Shown here in pieces: positions 18,864 to 29,642 of a stretch of DNA of 64,000 nucleotides. The notes under the pieces were generated by a model that worked only from the letters and a program-made list of their open reading frames with translations, did no database searches and was not told the origin of the DNA. Within the stretch, counting starts at the first letter, position 1; each line of letters begins with the position of its first letter. Position numbers and translations under genes: made by a program. This DNA comes from an uncultured Candidatus Saccharibacteria bacterium (GTDB taxonomy: Bacteria > Patescibacteriota > Minisyncoccia > Portnoybacterales > UBA2143): assembly GCA_964594155.1 (NCBI GenBank), contig CAZQLH010000001.1, positions 74,132 through 138,131 on the forward strand, in the 5' to 3' direction.

Positions 18864-18867
18864 AAAA

Positions 18868-20715
18868 TTATTCCTTCTTTTCCTCCTCTTTAACTTCCTC
18901 ATATTCCCCCTTAACAGTATCTTTTCCCTTTATCTCTGGTTCTGACTGTTCGGCTTTCTCCTCCTCAACCTTTTTATATAATTGAGCGCCAATTTTTTGA
19001 ATTACTTGAGATAATTCATCAATTGCCTTTTTAAGCTCTTCAATCTCATTGCTGTCTTTTAATTTCTTTAATGCTTCTAATTTTTCATCAACTTCTTTTT
19101 TATCTTCTGCTTTTACTTTATCTCCAGATTCTTTAAGCGCTTTTTCAGTAGAAAAAATCAATGTATCAGCCTGATTGCGAACTTCAATTAATTCCTTTTT
19201 CTTTCTATCCTCAACTGAATGAGTTTCTGCTTCTTTTTTCATTTTTTCAATTTCTTCTTTAGAAAGAGCTGAAGAATCAGTAATAGTAATCTGCTGTTCC
19301 TTATTAGTTGCTTTATCTTTTGCCTTAACATTCAAAATACCATTAGCGTCAATATCAAAAGAAACTTCAATTTGAGGCGCGCCTCGCGGAGCTGGCGGAA
19401 TCCCGTCTAAAATAAATCTGCCTAAAGTCCGATTGTCGGATGCTATTGGCCTTTCTCCTTGTAAAATATGAATATCTACTGCTGGCTGATTATCAGCTGC
19501 TGTGGAAAAAATCTGGATTTTGGAAGCTGGAATAGTTGTATTGCGTTCAATCAAAGGCGTCATTACTTGCCCTAATGTTTCAATTCCTAAAGTCAAAGGA
19601 GTAACATCCAACAAAAGCACGTCTTTTGTCTCGCCAGTTAAAATACCTCCTTGAATACCTGCGCCCATAGCAACGCATTCCATTGGATCAACTCCTCTTT
19701 CTATTTTCTTTCCAGCATAATCTTCAACAAATTTATGAACAATCGGCATCCTGGTTGGTCCGCCAACCAAGATAATTTTAGTAATATCATTTGGAGTTAA
19801 TTTAGCGTCTTTTAAGGCCTGTTCCATTGGCTGTTGGCACTTATTAATAATCGGCTTAACTAATTCTTCTAATTTAGCCCTGGTAATTTTCATAGTTAAA
19901 TGCTTTGGACCAGCATCATCAGCGCTAATAAAAGGAAGATTAATATCTGTTTCTAAAGTTGAAGAAAGTTCAATCTTAGCTTTTTCCGCTCCTTCTTTAA
20001 GCCGCTGTAAAGAGGTCTTATCTTGCTTTAAGTCAATCTTATTTTCTTTTTTAAACTCTTCAGCTAAATAATCAATCAAAACTTCATCCATATCAGTCCC
20101 GCCTAATTGAGTATCTCCAGAAGTTGATTTTACTTCAAAAACTCCTTCGCCAAAATCCATAATTGTTACATCAAGCGTCCCTCCGCCAAGATCAAAAACA
20201 AGAATCTTTTCTTCTTGGTCTGCCTTGTCAATTCCATAAGCCAAAGAAGCAGCAGTTGGTTCATTAATAATTCTAACTACTTCTAATCCTGCTATCGCGC
20301 CTGCGTCTTTAGTTGCCTGTCTTTGGGCATCGTTAAAATAGGCTGGGGCGGTAATAACTGCTTTTTGTATTGGCTCGCCTAAAAATGCTTCTGCGTCTTT
20401 TTTAATTTTTTGCAAAATAAAAGCAGAAAGCTGTTGAGGAGTATATTCCTTGCCATTCAAAGCATACTTCTCTTTGGTCCCCATCTTTCTTTTAAACGCA
20501 GATGCAGTATTCTCTGGATTGGTAACTGCTTGGCGGCGAGCTGGCTCGCCAACTAAAAGATTGTTGTCTTTGTCAAAAGACACATATGATGGAAAGGCCT
20601 TGCCTCCGCCAACTACTGTTCCTTCAGCTGAAGGAATAATTGTTGGCTTGCCTGCTTCAACAACTGAAGCAGCTGAATTAGATGTTCCTAAGTCAATGCC
20701 AATTATTTTACTCAT
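18868..20715 (-). CDS. dnaK: Chaperone DnaK
   Basis: [23 protein letters not shown] and LLLDVTPL motifs. Confidence 0.99.
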   Translation of the reverse strand: MSKIIGIDLGTSNSAASVVEAGKPTIIPSAEGTVVGGGKAFPSYVSFDKDNNLLVGEPARRQAVTNPENTASAFKRKMGTKEKYALNGKEYTPQQLSAFILQKIKKDAEAFLGEPIQKAVITAPAYFNDAQRQATKDAGAIAGLEVVRIINEPTAASLAYGIDKADQEEKILVFDLGGGTLDVTIMDFGEGVFEVKSTSGDTQLGGTDMDEVLIDYLAEEFKKENKIDLKQDKTSLQRLKEGAEKAKIELSSTLETDINLPFISADDAGPKHLTMKITRAKLEELVKPIINKCQQPMEQALKDAKLTPNDITKIILVGGPTRMPIVHKFVEDYAGKKIERGVDPMECVAMGAGIQGGILTGETKDVLLLDVTPLTLGIETLGQVMTPLIERNTTIPASKIQIFSTAADNQPAVDIHILQGERPIASDNRTLGRFILDGIPPAPRGAPQIEVSFDIDANGILNVKAKDKATNKEQQITITDSSALSKEEIEKMKKEAETHSVEDRKKKELIEVRNQADTLIFSTEKALKESGDKVKAEDKKEVDEKLEALKKLKDSNEIEELKKAIDELSQVIQKIGAQLYKKVEEEKAEQSEPEIKGKDTVKGEYEEVKEEEKKE

Positions 20716-20723
20716 ATTTTTAT

Positions 20724-21164
20724 TTATTTAATTTCAATCGGAATCTTTTTTGTTTTGGAAATAGCTTTAGCTACTTTGGGAATAGAGATTACAAGAATGC
20801 CGCCTTTGCTTTCAGCAACTGCTTTATTCCCTTTTACTTCCACTGGCAATTCAATTACCCGGCGAAAAGATCCTTTTTTAATTTCTTTTCTTAAATAATC
20901 TTTTTTCTTGATTTCCTTCTCTTCTTCGCTTTTTCCTTGGATAACTAAAATATTATCATCAATAGAAATCTCTACATTCTCTGGCTTTATTCCAACTAAA
21001 GGTATTTCTACGTAAAGATTATTTTTATCCTGATAAATATCTATAGATGGCTCTTCAGCTCTTTGAGTTGGCAAAAAAGGCATCCAATCTTCTTCAGGAA
21101 CAGGCATTCTTGGAAGATTTAAAGGCCTTTCTGGTTCTTTAAATGGCTGCCACTTGATAGGCAT
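20724..21164 (-). CDS. Hsp20/alpha-crystallin small heat-shock protein
   Basis: [22 protein letters not shown] and terminal IxI motifs. Confidence 0.93.
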   Translation of the reverse strand: MPIKWQPFKEPERPLNLPRMPVPEEDWMPFLPTQRAEEPSIDIYQDKNNLYVEIPLVGIKPENVEISIDDNILVIQGKSEEEKEIKKKDYLRKEIKKGSFRRVIELPVEVKGNKAVAESKGGILVISIPKVAKAISKTKKIPIEIK

Positions 21165-21180
21165 AATTATATCTCCTTTC

Positions 21181-21684
21181 TTATTTAGCTACTTTTTTAG
21201 CTACTTTAACTTTACTTGTTCTTAATATTTTTCCGTTTAATAGATATCCTTTTTGCGCTTCTTCAATAATTATTCCTTGTTTTTCTTTTGATTCAACTTG
21301 TTCAACTGCCTCATGAAATTCTGGATTAAATTCTTCGCCAATTGCTTTAATTTCTTCTATATTACATTCTTTTAAAACGCTTATCATTTGTTCCTTGATT
21401 TTCTTAACATCTTTATTTTTTTCGGCTCCAGCTTCTAAGCTGTCTAAAACAGGTAATATTTTATTAATTACGCTAGCCTGACCGATTGCTACTATTCCAG
21501 GTATAATCTTTTCTTCTTGTCTTTTTCGATAATTAATTAAATCAGCCCGGACTCGCTGAGCTTGGATTAAGTACTCCTCCTTTTCTTTTTGGCATTCTTT
21601 AAGCTTTGCCTTAAATTCTTTTATTTTATCTCTTGGCTCTTTAGATTCTTCAGAAATATATTTAAGTTTTTTTTTCTTAATCAT
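21181..21684 (-). CDS. grpE: Nucleotide exchange factor GrpE
   Basis: RAD..NYRKR, LPVLDSLE, FNPEFHEAV and QKGY motifs. Confidence 0.96.
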   Translation of the reverse strand: MIKKKKLKYISEESKEPRDKIKEFKAKLKECQKEKEEYLIQAQRVRADLINYRKRQEEKIIPGIVAIGQASVINKILPVLDSLEAGAEKNKDVKKIKEQMISVLKECNIEEIKAIGEEFNPEFHEAVEQVESKEKQGIIIEEAQKGYLLNGKILRTSKVKVAKKVAK

Positions 21685-21782
21685 TCTATGTATTAATTTA
21701 TCATTTTTTTAAAAATTTGTAAACACCAATTTGCTCTTTATATAAAAAATGTGGTAGAATAAAATGGAAAGGAAATAAATCA

Positions 21783-22694
21783 ATGAAAAAAATAACCGCT
21801 AATAATATAACTTGGATTGATATTGAAAATCCAACCCAAAAAGATCTTGATGAATTAAATGAAAAATTCAATCTTCACCCTTTTATTGTTAAACAATTTC
21901 TTCCGCCTATCCACCGTCCTGAAATAGAAGAATACCCTGATCAGCTTTTTATCGCCCTTCACTTTCCTGTTTATAACTCTAAAAGCAAAGAAACAAAAAC
22001 AGTAGAAATAGATTTTATTGTTACTCCAGATGCTTTAATTACCAGCCATAAAGATAAAGTTCCTGACTTGGAAACTTTTTTTAATGATTGTGAGCTTCAA
22101 GATCACTACCAAAATCAATTCTTTAAAAGCAGCGGGTATTTACTGCTTGGCCTGCTTGACTGGCTAATTGATTCTTGTCTGCCAATGCTTGATCATATTA
22201 GTGAAAAAATTGAAAAGATTGAAGACAATGTTTTCAAAGGCAAAGAAAAAGAAATGCTTTTAGAAATTGCTATGGTTAAAAAAGATTTAATCAACTTTCG
22301 CAAAGCTGTTAAGCCTCAGCGCTCTGTTTTAGAAATTTTAGGCAAAAAGTCAATCCGTCTTTTTGGCCAGGAATCAAGGCCTTTAGCTCAAGAAGTGGTT
22401 GGCTCTATTATCCGCGTCTGGAATGTTTTGGAAAACCACCGTGAATTAATTAATTCAATTGAACAAACTAATAATTCCCTGCTTTCATATAAATTAAGCG
22501 ATATCATGAAATTTCTGACTGTGGTTTCTTTTATTACTTTCCCTTTAAGCATTATTGTGGGATTTTTTGGAATGAACATCTTTTCTAATATTCCAATAAT
22601 TCAGCATTCTTTTTCTTGGATGGTTATTCTTATCTTTATGGCCATGACAGCCATTATTATGGTTATTTATTTTAAAAAGAAAAAATGGATTTAA
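21783..22694 (+). CDS. corA: CorA family Mg2+ transporter
   Basis: TWIDIENP N-terminus; C-terminal GMN motif between two TM helices. Confidence 0.9.
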   Translation: MKKITANNITWIDIENPTQKDLDELNEKFNLHPFIVKQFLPPIHRPEIEEYPDQLFIALHFPVYNSKSKETKTVEIDFIVTPDALITSHKDKVPDLETFFNDCELQDHYQNQFFKSSGYLLLGLLDWLIDSCLPMLDHISEKIEKIEDNVFKGKEKEMLLEIAMVKKDLINFRKAVKPQRSVLEILGKKSIRLFGQESRPLAQEVVGSIIRVWNVLENHRELINSIEQTNNSLLSYKLSDIMKFLTVVSFITFPLSIIVGFFGMNIFSNIPIIQHSFSWMVILIFMAMTAIIMVIYFKKKKWI

Positions 22695-24022
22695 AATTAT
22701 ACAACACCCTAACTCGCAAAAAAGAAACCTTTAAGCCGATTAAAAAAGATTCGGTTTCTTTTTATGCTTGCGGTCCGACCGTTTATGACAGAGTCCATAT
22801 TGGCAACCTTAGAACTTATATTTTTGAAGATATTCTTAAAAAAACACTTGAATATAATAATTATCAAGTAAAATATGTAATGAATATTACTGATATTGAA
22901 GATAAAATTATTAAGAAAATGAAAGATGAAAATAAAACCTTAAAAGAAGCCACCCAGCCTTATACTGATATATTTTTCAAAGATATCAAAGAATTAAACA
23001 TAGCTGAGGCAAATCACTACCCTAAGGCCACTGAACACATAAAAGAAATGATAAAATTAATAGAAACATTGTTAAAAAAAGATATTGCTTACAAAGGCAA
23101 TGATGGTTCTATTTATTTTAACATAAAGAAGTTTGAAAATTACGGAGCCTTATCCAGGCTTGAACAAAGAGATTTAAAACATGGCGCCAGAATTGAAACA
23201 GATGAATATAATAAAGAAAATGCTGGAGATTTTGTTCTTTGGAAGGCTATTAGCGAAAACGAACCATCATGGGAAGCTCCCTTTGGCAAAGGCCGGCCAG
23301 GCTGGCACATTGAATGTTCAGCTATGAGTTCAAAATATCTAGGCAAAACTTTTGACATTCATGCTGGCGCTGTAGATTTAATTTTTCCCCATCATGAAAA
23401 TGAAATTGCTCAATCTGAAGCAGCTAATGAAGCTAAATTTGTCAATTACTGGATAGAAGGAGAACATCTTTTAGTCAATAATCAAAAAATGGCAAAATCA
23501 CTTCGGAATTTTTACACTATTGAAGACATTAAAAAGAAAAACTTTTCGCCATTAGTCTTCCGCTATCTAATTCTAGGCGCGCACTATCGTTCAAAATTAA
23601 ATTTTACCTGGGAATCATTAGAAACAGCCAAAAACTCTTACAAACGATTAAAAAACATTACTTCAAAAATCAAAAATGATAAAAAAATAAACAAAAAATA
23701 TCTAAAAGAATTTGAAAATAATATAAATGATGATTTAAATGCGCCTCAAGCATTATCTGTATTATGGAATTTAATTAGAGATAAAAAAGCTGACGGAAAA
23801 TACAAAACAATTGAAAAAATAGATCAAATTTTCAGCTTGGACTTGCTTAAAAAAGAAAAAATAATTATTCCTCAAGAGATTAAAGAGCTTATCCAAAAAA
23901 GAGAAAAAGCCAGAAAAAATAAAAAGTGGGAACAAGCTGATCAAATCAGAAAACAAATAAAACAAAAAGGATATCAAGTAGAAGATACTGAACAAGGCCA
24001 AAAAGTTTCCCCAAAATATTAA
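22685..24022 (+). CDS. cysS: Cysteine--tRNA ligase
   Basis: [33 protein letters not shown] and KMAKS motifs. Confidence 0.98.
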   Translation: MDLKLYNTLTRKKETFKPIKKDSVSFYACGPTVYDRVHIGNLRTYIFEDILKKTLEYNNYQVKYVMNITDIEDKIIKKMKDENKTLKEATQPYTDIFFKDIKELNIAEANHYPKATEHIKEMIKLIETLLKKDIAYKGNDGSIYFNIKKFENYGALSRLEQRDLKHGARIETDEYNKENAGDFVLWKAISENEPSWEAPFGKGRPGWHIECSAMSSKYLGKTFDIHAGAVDLIFPHHENEIAQSEAANEAKFVNYWIEGEHLLVNNQKMAKSLRNFYTIEDIKKKNFSPLVFRYLILGAHYRSKLNFTWESLETAKNSYKRLKNITSKIKNDKKINKKYLKEFENNINDDLNAPQALSVLWNLIRDKKADGKYKTIEKIDQIFSLDLLKKEKIIIPQEIKELIQKREKARKNKKWEQADQIRKQIKQKGYQVEDTEQGQKVSPKY

Positions 24023-24070
24023 CAGGATTTCCTCTTGCCTTGTAGAAGAATTTAAGATTAAAATAATAAT

Positions 24071-25423
24071 ATGTCTAAAAAAACAGAAGGCCGCTTGCCG
24101 CCGCAAAACATTGAAGCTGAACAATCTGTTCTAGGCTCTTTAATGCTGGACAAAGAAGCAATTATTAGAGTAGCTGATCTTCTTAAGCCAGATGATTTTT
24201 ATCGCGGCATCCATGGCATTGTTTATCAGATAATGCTTGGTCTTTATGAAAAAAATGAACCAATTGACTTGCTTAGTTTAACTAACAGATTAGAAGAAAA
24301 AAACAAATTAGAAGAAATTGGCGGCCATACTTATTTAACCAGCTTAGTTAATATGGTTCCTACAGCTGCTCATGTTACTCATTACGCCAAGATTGTTAGA
24401 AATAAAAAAACTCTCCGCGATTTAATTGATACTTCTCATAAAATTACTGAGTTAAGCTATCAAGAACCAGAAGATATAGAAAGCTTGGTTGATGAAGCTG
24501 AACAAAAAATATTTGGCGTTTCCCAGCAATCAATCAGCCAGAAATTTATGCCGGTTAAAGAAAGCTTAGAAGGAGCTTTTGAAAGAATTGACAAGCTTCA
24601 TCGCGGAGACGAGGTTACCAGGGGCATACCAACTGGATTTAGCGATTTAGACAATTACTTGGCTGGTTTTCAAAAATCAGACCTGATTATCTTAGCAGCC
24701 CGCCCATCGCTCGGCAAAACCAGCATGGCTTTGGATTTTGTCCGTCACGCAGCTACTAAGAATAAAACGCCAATAGCTTTCTTTAGCATTGAAATGTCTA
24801 AAGAACAATTAGTTGACCGGCTTATTTGTTCCCAAGCTGAAGTTGATCTTTGGCGAATGAGAACCGGACGCTTGTCAGGAGAAGGCCCTGACAATGATTT
24901 TCAAAGAATTCAACGTTCTTTGGATGAACTATCAGCTGCTCCTATCTTTATTGATGACACCCCTTCTCCAACAGTTATTCAAATGAGAGCTATGGCTCGC
25001 CGTTTGCAAGCTGAACACAAATTAGGCCTAATTGTCATTGATTATCTTCAAATGATTCAACCTCGCAATCCCAATGATTCCCCGGTTCAGCAAGTAACAG
25101 AAATATCGCGTAACCTCAAGGCCTTAGCGCGTGAAATTAATGTTCCAGTCCTTGCTCTTTCCCAGCTTTCCCGCGCTGTTGAAAACCGATCCCCAGCTAT
25201 TCCCAAGCTTTCTGACCTTCGCGATTCTGGATCAATAGAACAAGATAGCGATGTAGTGCTTATGATATATAGAGAGGATAAAGATAAGCGCGACTCTGAA
25301 AGAAAAAATATTGCTGAACTAATTATTGCCAAACATCGCAACGGGCCAATTGGAAAAATTGAACTCTTCTTTAATGAAAGCCATGTAAGCTTTAAAACCC
25401 TTGAAAGACACCTTGGAGAATAA
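24071..25423 (+). CDS. dnaB: Replicative DNA helicase
   Basis: PPQNIEAEQSVLG, AARPSLGKT, IDYLQ, LSQLSR and DLRDSGSIEQD motifs. Confidence 0.98.
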   Translation: MSKKTEGRLPPQNIEAEQSVLGSLMLDKEAIIRVADLLKPDDFYRGIHGIVYQIMLGLYEKNEPIDLLSLTNRLEEKNKLEEIGGHTYLTSLVNMVPTAAHVTHYAKIVRNKKTLRDLIDTSHKITELSYQEPEDIESLVDEAEQKIFGVSQQSISQKFMPVKESLEGAFERIDKLHRGDEVTRGIPTGFSDLDNYLAGFQKSDLIILAARPSLGKTSMALDFVRHAATKNKTPIAFFSIEMSKEQLVDRLICSQAEVDLWRMRTGRLSGEGPDNDFQRIQRSLDELSAAPIFIDDTPSPTVIQMRAMARRLQAEHKLGLIVIDYLQMIQPRNPNDSPVQQVTEISRNLKALAREINVPVLALSQLSRAVENRSPAIPKLSDLRDSGSIEQDSDVVLMIYREDKDKRDSERKNIAELIIAKHRNGPIGKIELFFNESHVSFKTLERHLGE

Positions 25424-25427
25424 ACAC

Positions 25428-26021
25428 ATGTTTCCTGAATCAATCCAAAACCTAATTAAACAATTAAGCAAACTGCCTGACATTGGCCCCCGAGCTGCTA
25501 CTCGGCTGGTTTTTTATTTAATCAGCCAAAACCAGGAAGATTTAGATGATTTATCATTATCAATTAAAGATTTAAAAACAAAAATTAATCTTTGCAATAA
25601 TTGCTATAATATCACAACTAATGAAAACCAGTTCTGCTCTATTTGCTCAGATCAGAAAAGAAATAAAGATGCTATTTGTATTGTTGAAACAATTTTAAAT
25701 ATTCCACCAATAGAAAAAACAAAACAATTTAACGGACTATATCATGTTTTAGGCGGATTAATTTCTCCAATTGACGACATTGGACCAGAAAAATTAAAGA
25801 TTGATGAGTTAATTAAAAAAACCAAATCATTAAATATAAAAGAAATAATTTTTGCTTTGAGTCCAACTACTGAAGGCGATACCACCGCCTTATACATTGA
25901 ACGCTTGCTTAAACCGTTAGAAATAAAAATAAGCCGCTTGGCTCGCGGCTTGTCAACTGGCAGTGATTTAGAATACATAGATGAAAATACTTTAACTAGC
26001 GCTTTTCGCGGACGAAGATAG
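25428..26021 (+). CDS. recR: Recombination mediator RecR
   Basis: Start moved to ATG 25428; LPDIGPR, C4 zinc finger, YHVLGG and EGDTTA motifs. Confidence 0.96.
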   Translation: MFPESIQNLIKQLSKLPDIGPRAATRLVFYLISQNQEDLDDLSLSIKDLKTKINLCNNCYNITTNENQFCSICSDQKRNKDAICIVETILNIPPIEKTKQFNGLYHVLGGLISPIDDIGPEKLKIDELIKKTKSLNIKEIIFALSPTTEGDTTALYIERLLKPLEIKISRLARGLSTGSDLEYIDENTLTSAFRGRR

Positions 26022-26181
26022 ACCTCTTGCAAGATAATTTTTCGTGATAAAAAATTAATAGTTTTGAGCGAAAATTATAAAAACGAGAAGCTTATATGGT
26101 GAATATAGGCGACGAGTTTTGAACAATTTGCAGCCAAAAATATTAATTTGTAATAGAAAATATTATTTTATAAGAGGTCTA
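26019..26181. mobile_element. MITE-like element with TAGACCTCTT/AAGAGGTCTA termini filling the recR-rplU gap
   Basis: 10-bp perfect terminal inverted repeat extending imperfectly inward; nested internal stems; TA at both ends; no ORF of its own. Confidence 0.75.
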
Positions 26182-26490
26182 CACTATCTTTAATATTTCC
26201 ACTTCTGTATAGGGCTGACGATGCCCTTTTTTCTTTTGATATCTTTTCTTTGGCTTATACTTAAAAACAATTATTTTTTTAGCTCTATCTTGTTTAATAA
26301 CCTTAGCTTTAACTTTAGCGCCTTTTACTAAAGGATCGCCGATTTTTACAGTTTTTTTGCCGCTAACCACTAACAAAACTTCGTCAAAGACGACTTCTTT
26401 CTTTTCTTCTACATTTAACTTCTCTACTTTAATTTTGTCACCTGGGGAAACCAAATACTGCTTTCCCCCGGTTCTTATTACTGCAAACAT
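26179..26490 (-). CDS. rplU: 50S ribosomal protein bL21
   Basis: [12 protein letters not shown] and [10 protein letters not shown] motifs. Confidence 0.98.
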   Translation of the reverse strand: MFAVIRTGGKQYLVSPGDKIKVEKLNVEEKKEVVFDEVLLVVSGKKTVKIGDPLVKGAKVKAKVIKQDRAKKIIVFKYKPKKRYQKKKGHRQPYTEVEILKIV

Positions 26491-26535
26491 AGATTTAATC
26501 TTAAACTATTTAAAAACAAAAATCAATATTAAAGC

Positions 26536-26760
26536 TTATTTCTTAGATAATCTTATAAACTCCCTTACTGTAATTTCAGAGTCTCTTAACAACTTTCTTA
26601 AAAGTCCTTTGCCTAAAGTTTTGTGATTTGGCACAGTTAAAGACTCTTTATTTGGATGATATAAACGAAAATGACTACCTTTTTTTCTAATAACTTGGTA
26701 GCCAATTTTACTAAATATTTTAATAGCTTTCTTTCCTGAAATTGAAGGAAGTTTTACCAT
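26536..26760 (-). CDS. hicA: HicA family toxin
   Basis: LPSISGK, R.KGSH, TVPNH and GLLRKLLRD motifs. Confidence 0.9.
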   Translation of the reverse strand: MVKLPSISGKKAIKIFSKIGYQVIRKKGSHFRLYHPNKESLTVPNHKTLGKGLLRKLLRDSEITVREFIRLSKK

Positions 26761-26762
26761 AA

Positions 26763-27011
26763 TTAAAGAGTAATAGCATGAAGGCTTAATTCTTGCGGCT
26801 TATATGACTTTAAAACTTCTTGATTTTCTTTTTCTTCCAAACAAAGCTCAATAACCTCTTTAATATTTTTCAAAGCATCATCTACGCTTTTTCCTTGAGA
26901 ATAACAACCTCTAAAAAGAGGACACTCAACCACATAAAAACCATCCTCGTCTTTTTCAATAACAACAGGAAACCTGCTTTTTTTAATTTTTGATAAAAGC
27001 GTCTTGTTCAT
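26763..27011 (-). CDS. hicB: HicB family antitoxin (short form, no DNA-binding domain)
   Basis: FPVVIEKDEDG.YVVECP...GCYSQG.S.DDALKNIKEVI motif. Confidence 0.9.
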   Translation of the reverse strand: MNKTLLSKIKKSRFPVVIEKDEDGFYVVECPLFRGCYSQGKSVDDALKNIKEVIELCLEEKENQEVLKSYKPQELSLHAITL

Positions 27012-27019
27012 ATATTTTT

Positions 27020-27048
27020 ATTTTACTAAAGATTAAATTAAGTGTCAA
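27020..27048 (-). promoter_or_regulatory. Sigma70 promoter of hicBA
   Basis: TTGACA-N17-TAAAAT ending 8 nt before the ATG. Confidence 0.65.
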
Positions 27049-27067
27049 ATAAAATATTGATTTTTTG

Positions 27068-28114
27068 TTAATTATCATCTAAATCTAATAATGGCCTTTC
27101 TAAATCTTCAGTTTCTATCTTTGGCTTGCCGCTAATAATCTTAGCTGTATCCTTGTCTATTTTTTTAAGCTCTTGATTGCTTCTATTGTACATATTAACA
27201 GTTGTATTAATGCTATTGCCTAATTTCTTATGATATGAACTATAGCCCTTAACATGCCTGTCTAACTTGCCTACTAATTTAATAATTTCCTTGGTTGATT
27301 CTTCAATTTGCATCCCTCTTAATCCTTCTAAAATTGTTTGTAAATACGCATAGAAAGATGTAGGCGAAACTATATGAACATGTTTTTCTCTAATTGCATA
27401 ATCTAACAAGCTTCTAGTATTAGCTTTAATTGCTCCAATTTTATTAACTAATAAGTCATAATATATTGCTTCAGCTGGAATAAACATAAAAGCAAATTCA
27501 TAAGTTCCTTCTTTGGGCTTAATATATTTAGCTGTTTCATCAATCCTTGTTTTTAAATCCTGCTTAAATGCTTTTTCTAATTTCTCTCTTTTATTTGGAT
27601 CATTTTCCCCTATAATCCTATTATAATTCTCTAATGAAAATTTAGAATCAATTGGAATTATTTTATCTTTTAGGAATATAACAGCATCAACAATCTGGCC
27701 GTCTTTAAAGCTATATTGCATCTGATACTGGCTAGGATTAAAAATATTCTTTAATAATTCCTCTAAATAATATTCGCCTAAAACGCCTCTGCGCTTGGGA
27801 TTTGTTAAAATATTTTCCAAAGATTGCAGCTGCTCAGCAAAGCTAACTACTTGCTTATTAGTATTTTTTAATTCAGTCAATCCTTGAGTAACATTTTTAA
27901 TAATCTTAGCGCTCTCGCTAAACTGACTTTGAACAGATTTAGCTGATTCAGAAAGCTTGTTATCTAAAACCTGGCTTAGCTGATTCATCTGCTGTTGAAG
28001 CATTAATAATGATTGATTATCTTCTTGTTCTGGTTTTTTCTTTAATAATAAAAAAAATAAGAAACCTAGCCCGACAACTATTAATATTAAGAGAAAAATA
28101 ATAAAAGTTTCCAT
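27068..28114 (-). CDS. rmuC: RmuC family DNA recombination protein
   Basis: Start moved to ATG 28114; TM anchor, coiled coil, RGVLGE, PIDSKF and AFMFIPAEA motifs. Confidence 0.9.
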   Translation of the reverse strand: METFIIFLLILIVVGLGFLFFLLLKKKPEQEDNQSLLMLQQQMNQLSQVLDNKLSESAKSVQSQFSESAKIIKNVTQGLTELKNTNKQVVSFAEQLQSLENILTNPKRRGVLGEYYLEELLKNIFNPSQYQMQYSFKDGQIVDAVIFLKDKIIPIDSKFSLENYNRIIGENDPNKREKLEKAFKQDLKTRIDETAKYIKPKEGTYEFAFMFIPAEAIYYDLLVNKIGAIKANTRSLLDYAIREKHVHIVSPTSFYAYLQTILEGLRGMQIEESTKEIIKLVGKLDRHVKGYSSYHKKLGNSINTTVNMYNRSNQELKKIDKDTAKIISGKPKIETEDLERPLLDLDDN

Positions 28115-28152
28115 AGAAATTATTTTAACACAAATTAGACAAAAGAACAAAT

Positions 28153-28189
28153 AAAAAAACCTGGATTTGTTAAAAAACAGGTTTTTTTT
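28153..28189. terminator. Intrinsic terminator downstream of ugd
   Basis: A7-CCTG...CAGG-T8. Confidence 0.6.
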
Positions 28190-28207
28190 ATTTGTTTTTT
28201 TTTGCTT

Positions 28208-29542
28208 TTATGGCCTTCCCATGCAAATATATTCAATTCCTTTATTTCTTATTGTTTTAGGATCAAATATATTTCTTCCATCAATTATCCGGGGAACTTT
28301 CATTAATGCTTTTATCTTGCCAAAATCTACTTCTTGAAAGTCTGACCATTCGGTTAAAATAAGGAGAAGATCAGCATTTTTAAGAGCTTCATATTTATCA
28401 TCGCAAAAAACAGTAGAAGGATGATCTAATTTTACAATTTTTTTAAGTTCTTTTTTAAACTTATAAACAGCCACTGGATCATATACAAATATCTCTGCGC
28501 CTTCTTTTAAAAGCGCAGGAACTATATCCAAAGACGGCGCCTCTCTTACATCGTCAGTATTGGGCTTAAAAGAAAGCCCCCAGACTGCTATTTTCTTATT
28601 CTTAACGCGCTTCCAAAGAGTTGTTTTTATTTTTTCTACAAATAATTCTCTTTGCTTCTGGTTAATCTCAAGCACGCTTCTAATTATTTCAGCAGGTACT
28701 CTGTATTTTTTCTCTGACTTACGCAATAAACTCCTGATATCTTTTGGAAAACAACTTCCGCCAAATCCTAAACCAGCTTTAAGAAAATGGGGTCCAATTC
28801 TTTTATCCATGCCTACTCCTGCCATTACCTCTTCAACATCAGCGTTATTTTTTTCACAGATTTGAGCAACAAAATTTGTTGCTGAAATACGAAGGGCTAA
28901 GAAAAAATTGCTTATCTCTTTAATCATTTCAGCATTTCTAATGCTAGTCATGATATAAGGCGCAGGATTTGGAGAATCTATAAGAGGAGCGTATATTTTA
29001 AGAAAAATATTTTCTACAACTTCTTCGTCAGCACCAAAAATAAGGCGGTCTGGATTATTGAAATCAAAAACAGCGCTTCCTTCTCTTAATGTTTCTGGAT
29101 TTGAGCCAGTATAAAACTTTATCTCTGGATTAAAAGTAGATAATGCTCTTTTAATTTCATCTCCAGTGCCAGCAGGAACAGTTGACTTGCTAATAACAAT
29201 TAAGTTATCTTTTTTTACATTTTCAGCAATCTCTCTAGCGCTTTCAAAAACATAAAAAAGATAGTGATTGCCTTTTTCATCTGAAGGAGTTCCCACGCAA
29301 ATAAATATCACCTCTGGATTTTCCTTAAGACCGTCAATAATATTATTATGAAAACTCCATCTGTTATAATGCTCAACAAGCAAATCCTCAACTCCAGGCT
29401 CGTAAATATGGCTCTTTTTTTTATTTAACTTATCTAATTTTTCTTTATCAATATCAACTCCTATTACCTGATGCCCCCATTTAGCAAAGCATACCCCTGT
29501 TACCAAACCAACATACCCCAATCCAACAATCATAATCTTCAT
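28208..29542 (-). CDS. ugd: UDP-glucose/GDP-mannose 6-dehydrogenase
   Basis: GLGYVG, CVGTP, KSTVP.GT, NPE.LREG, GFGGSCFPKD and FKPNTDD.RE motifs. Confidence 0.95.
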   Translation of the reverse strand: MKIMIVGLGYVGLVTGVCFAKWGHQVIGVDIDKEKLDKLNKKKSHIYEPGVEDLLVEHYNRWSFHNNIIDGLKENPEVIFICVGTPSDEKGNHYLFYVFESAREIAENVKKDNLIVISKSTVPAGTGDEIKRALSTFNPEIKFYTGSNPETLREGSAVFDFNNPDRLIFGADEEVVENIFLKIYAPLIDSPNPAPYIMTSIRNAEMIKEISNFFLALRISATNFVAQICEKNNADVEEVMAGVGMDKRIGPHFLKAGLGFGGSCFPKDIRSLLRKSEKKYRVPAEIIRSVLEINQKQRELFVEKIKTTLWKRVKNKKIAVWGLSFKPNTDDVREAPSLDIVPALLKEGAEIFVYDPVAVYKFKKELKKIVKLDHPSTVFCDDKYEALKNADLLLILTEWSDFQEVDFGKIKALMKVPRIIDGRNIFDPKTIRNKGIEYICMGRP

Positions 29543-29642
29543 AACCTAATACCCCCTTTATTTTTTCTATTCTATTTTTAAAAAACCTTTTATCAATAAT
29601 AACTATTAAAGTATCATAACATTAATTTACAAAAAGTAAATA

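Noticed and set aside
21685-21782. CIRCE or other heat-shock operator upstream of grpE
   Set aside because: No TTAGCACTC-N9-GAGTGCTAA or comparable dyad is visible.
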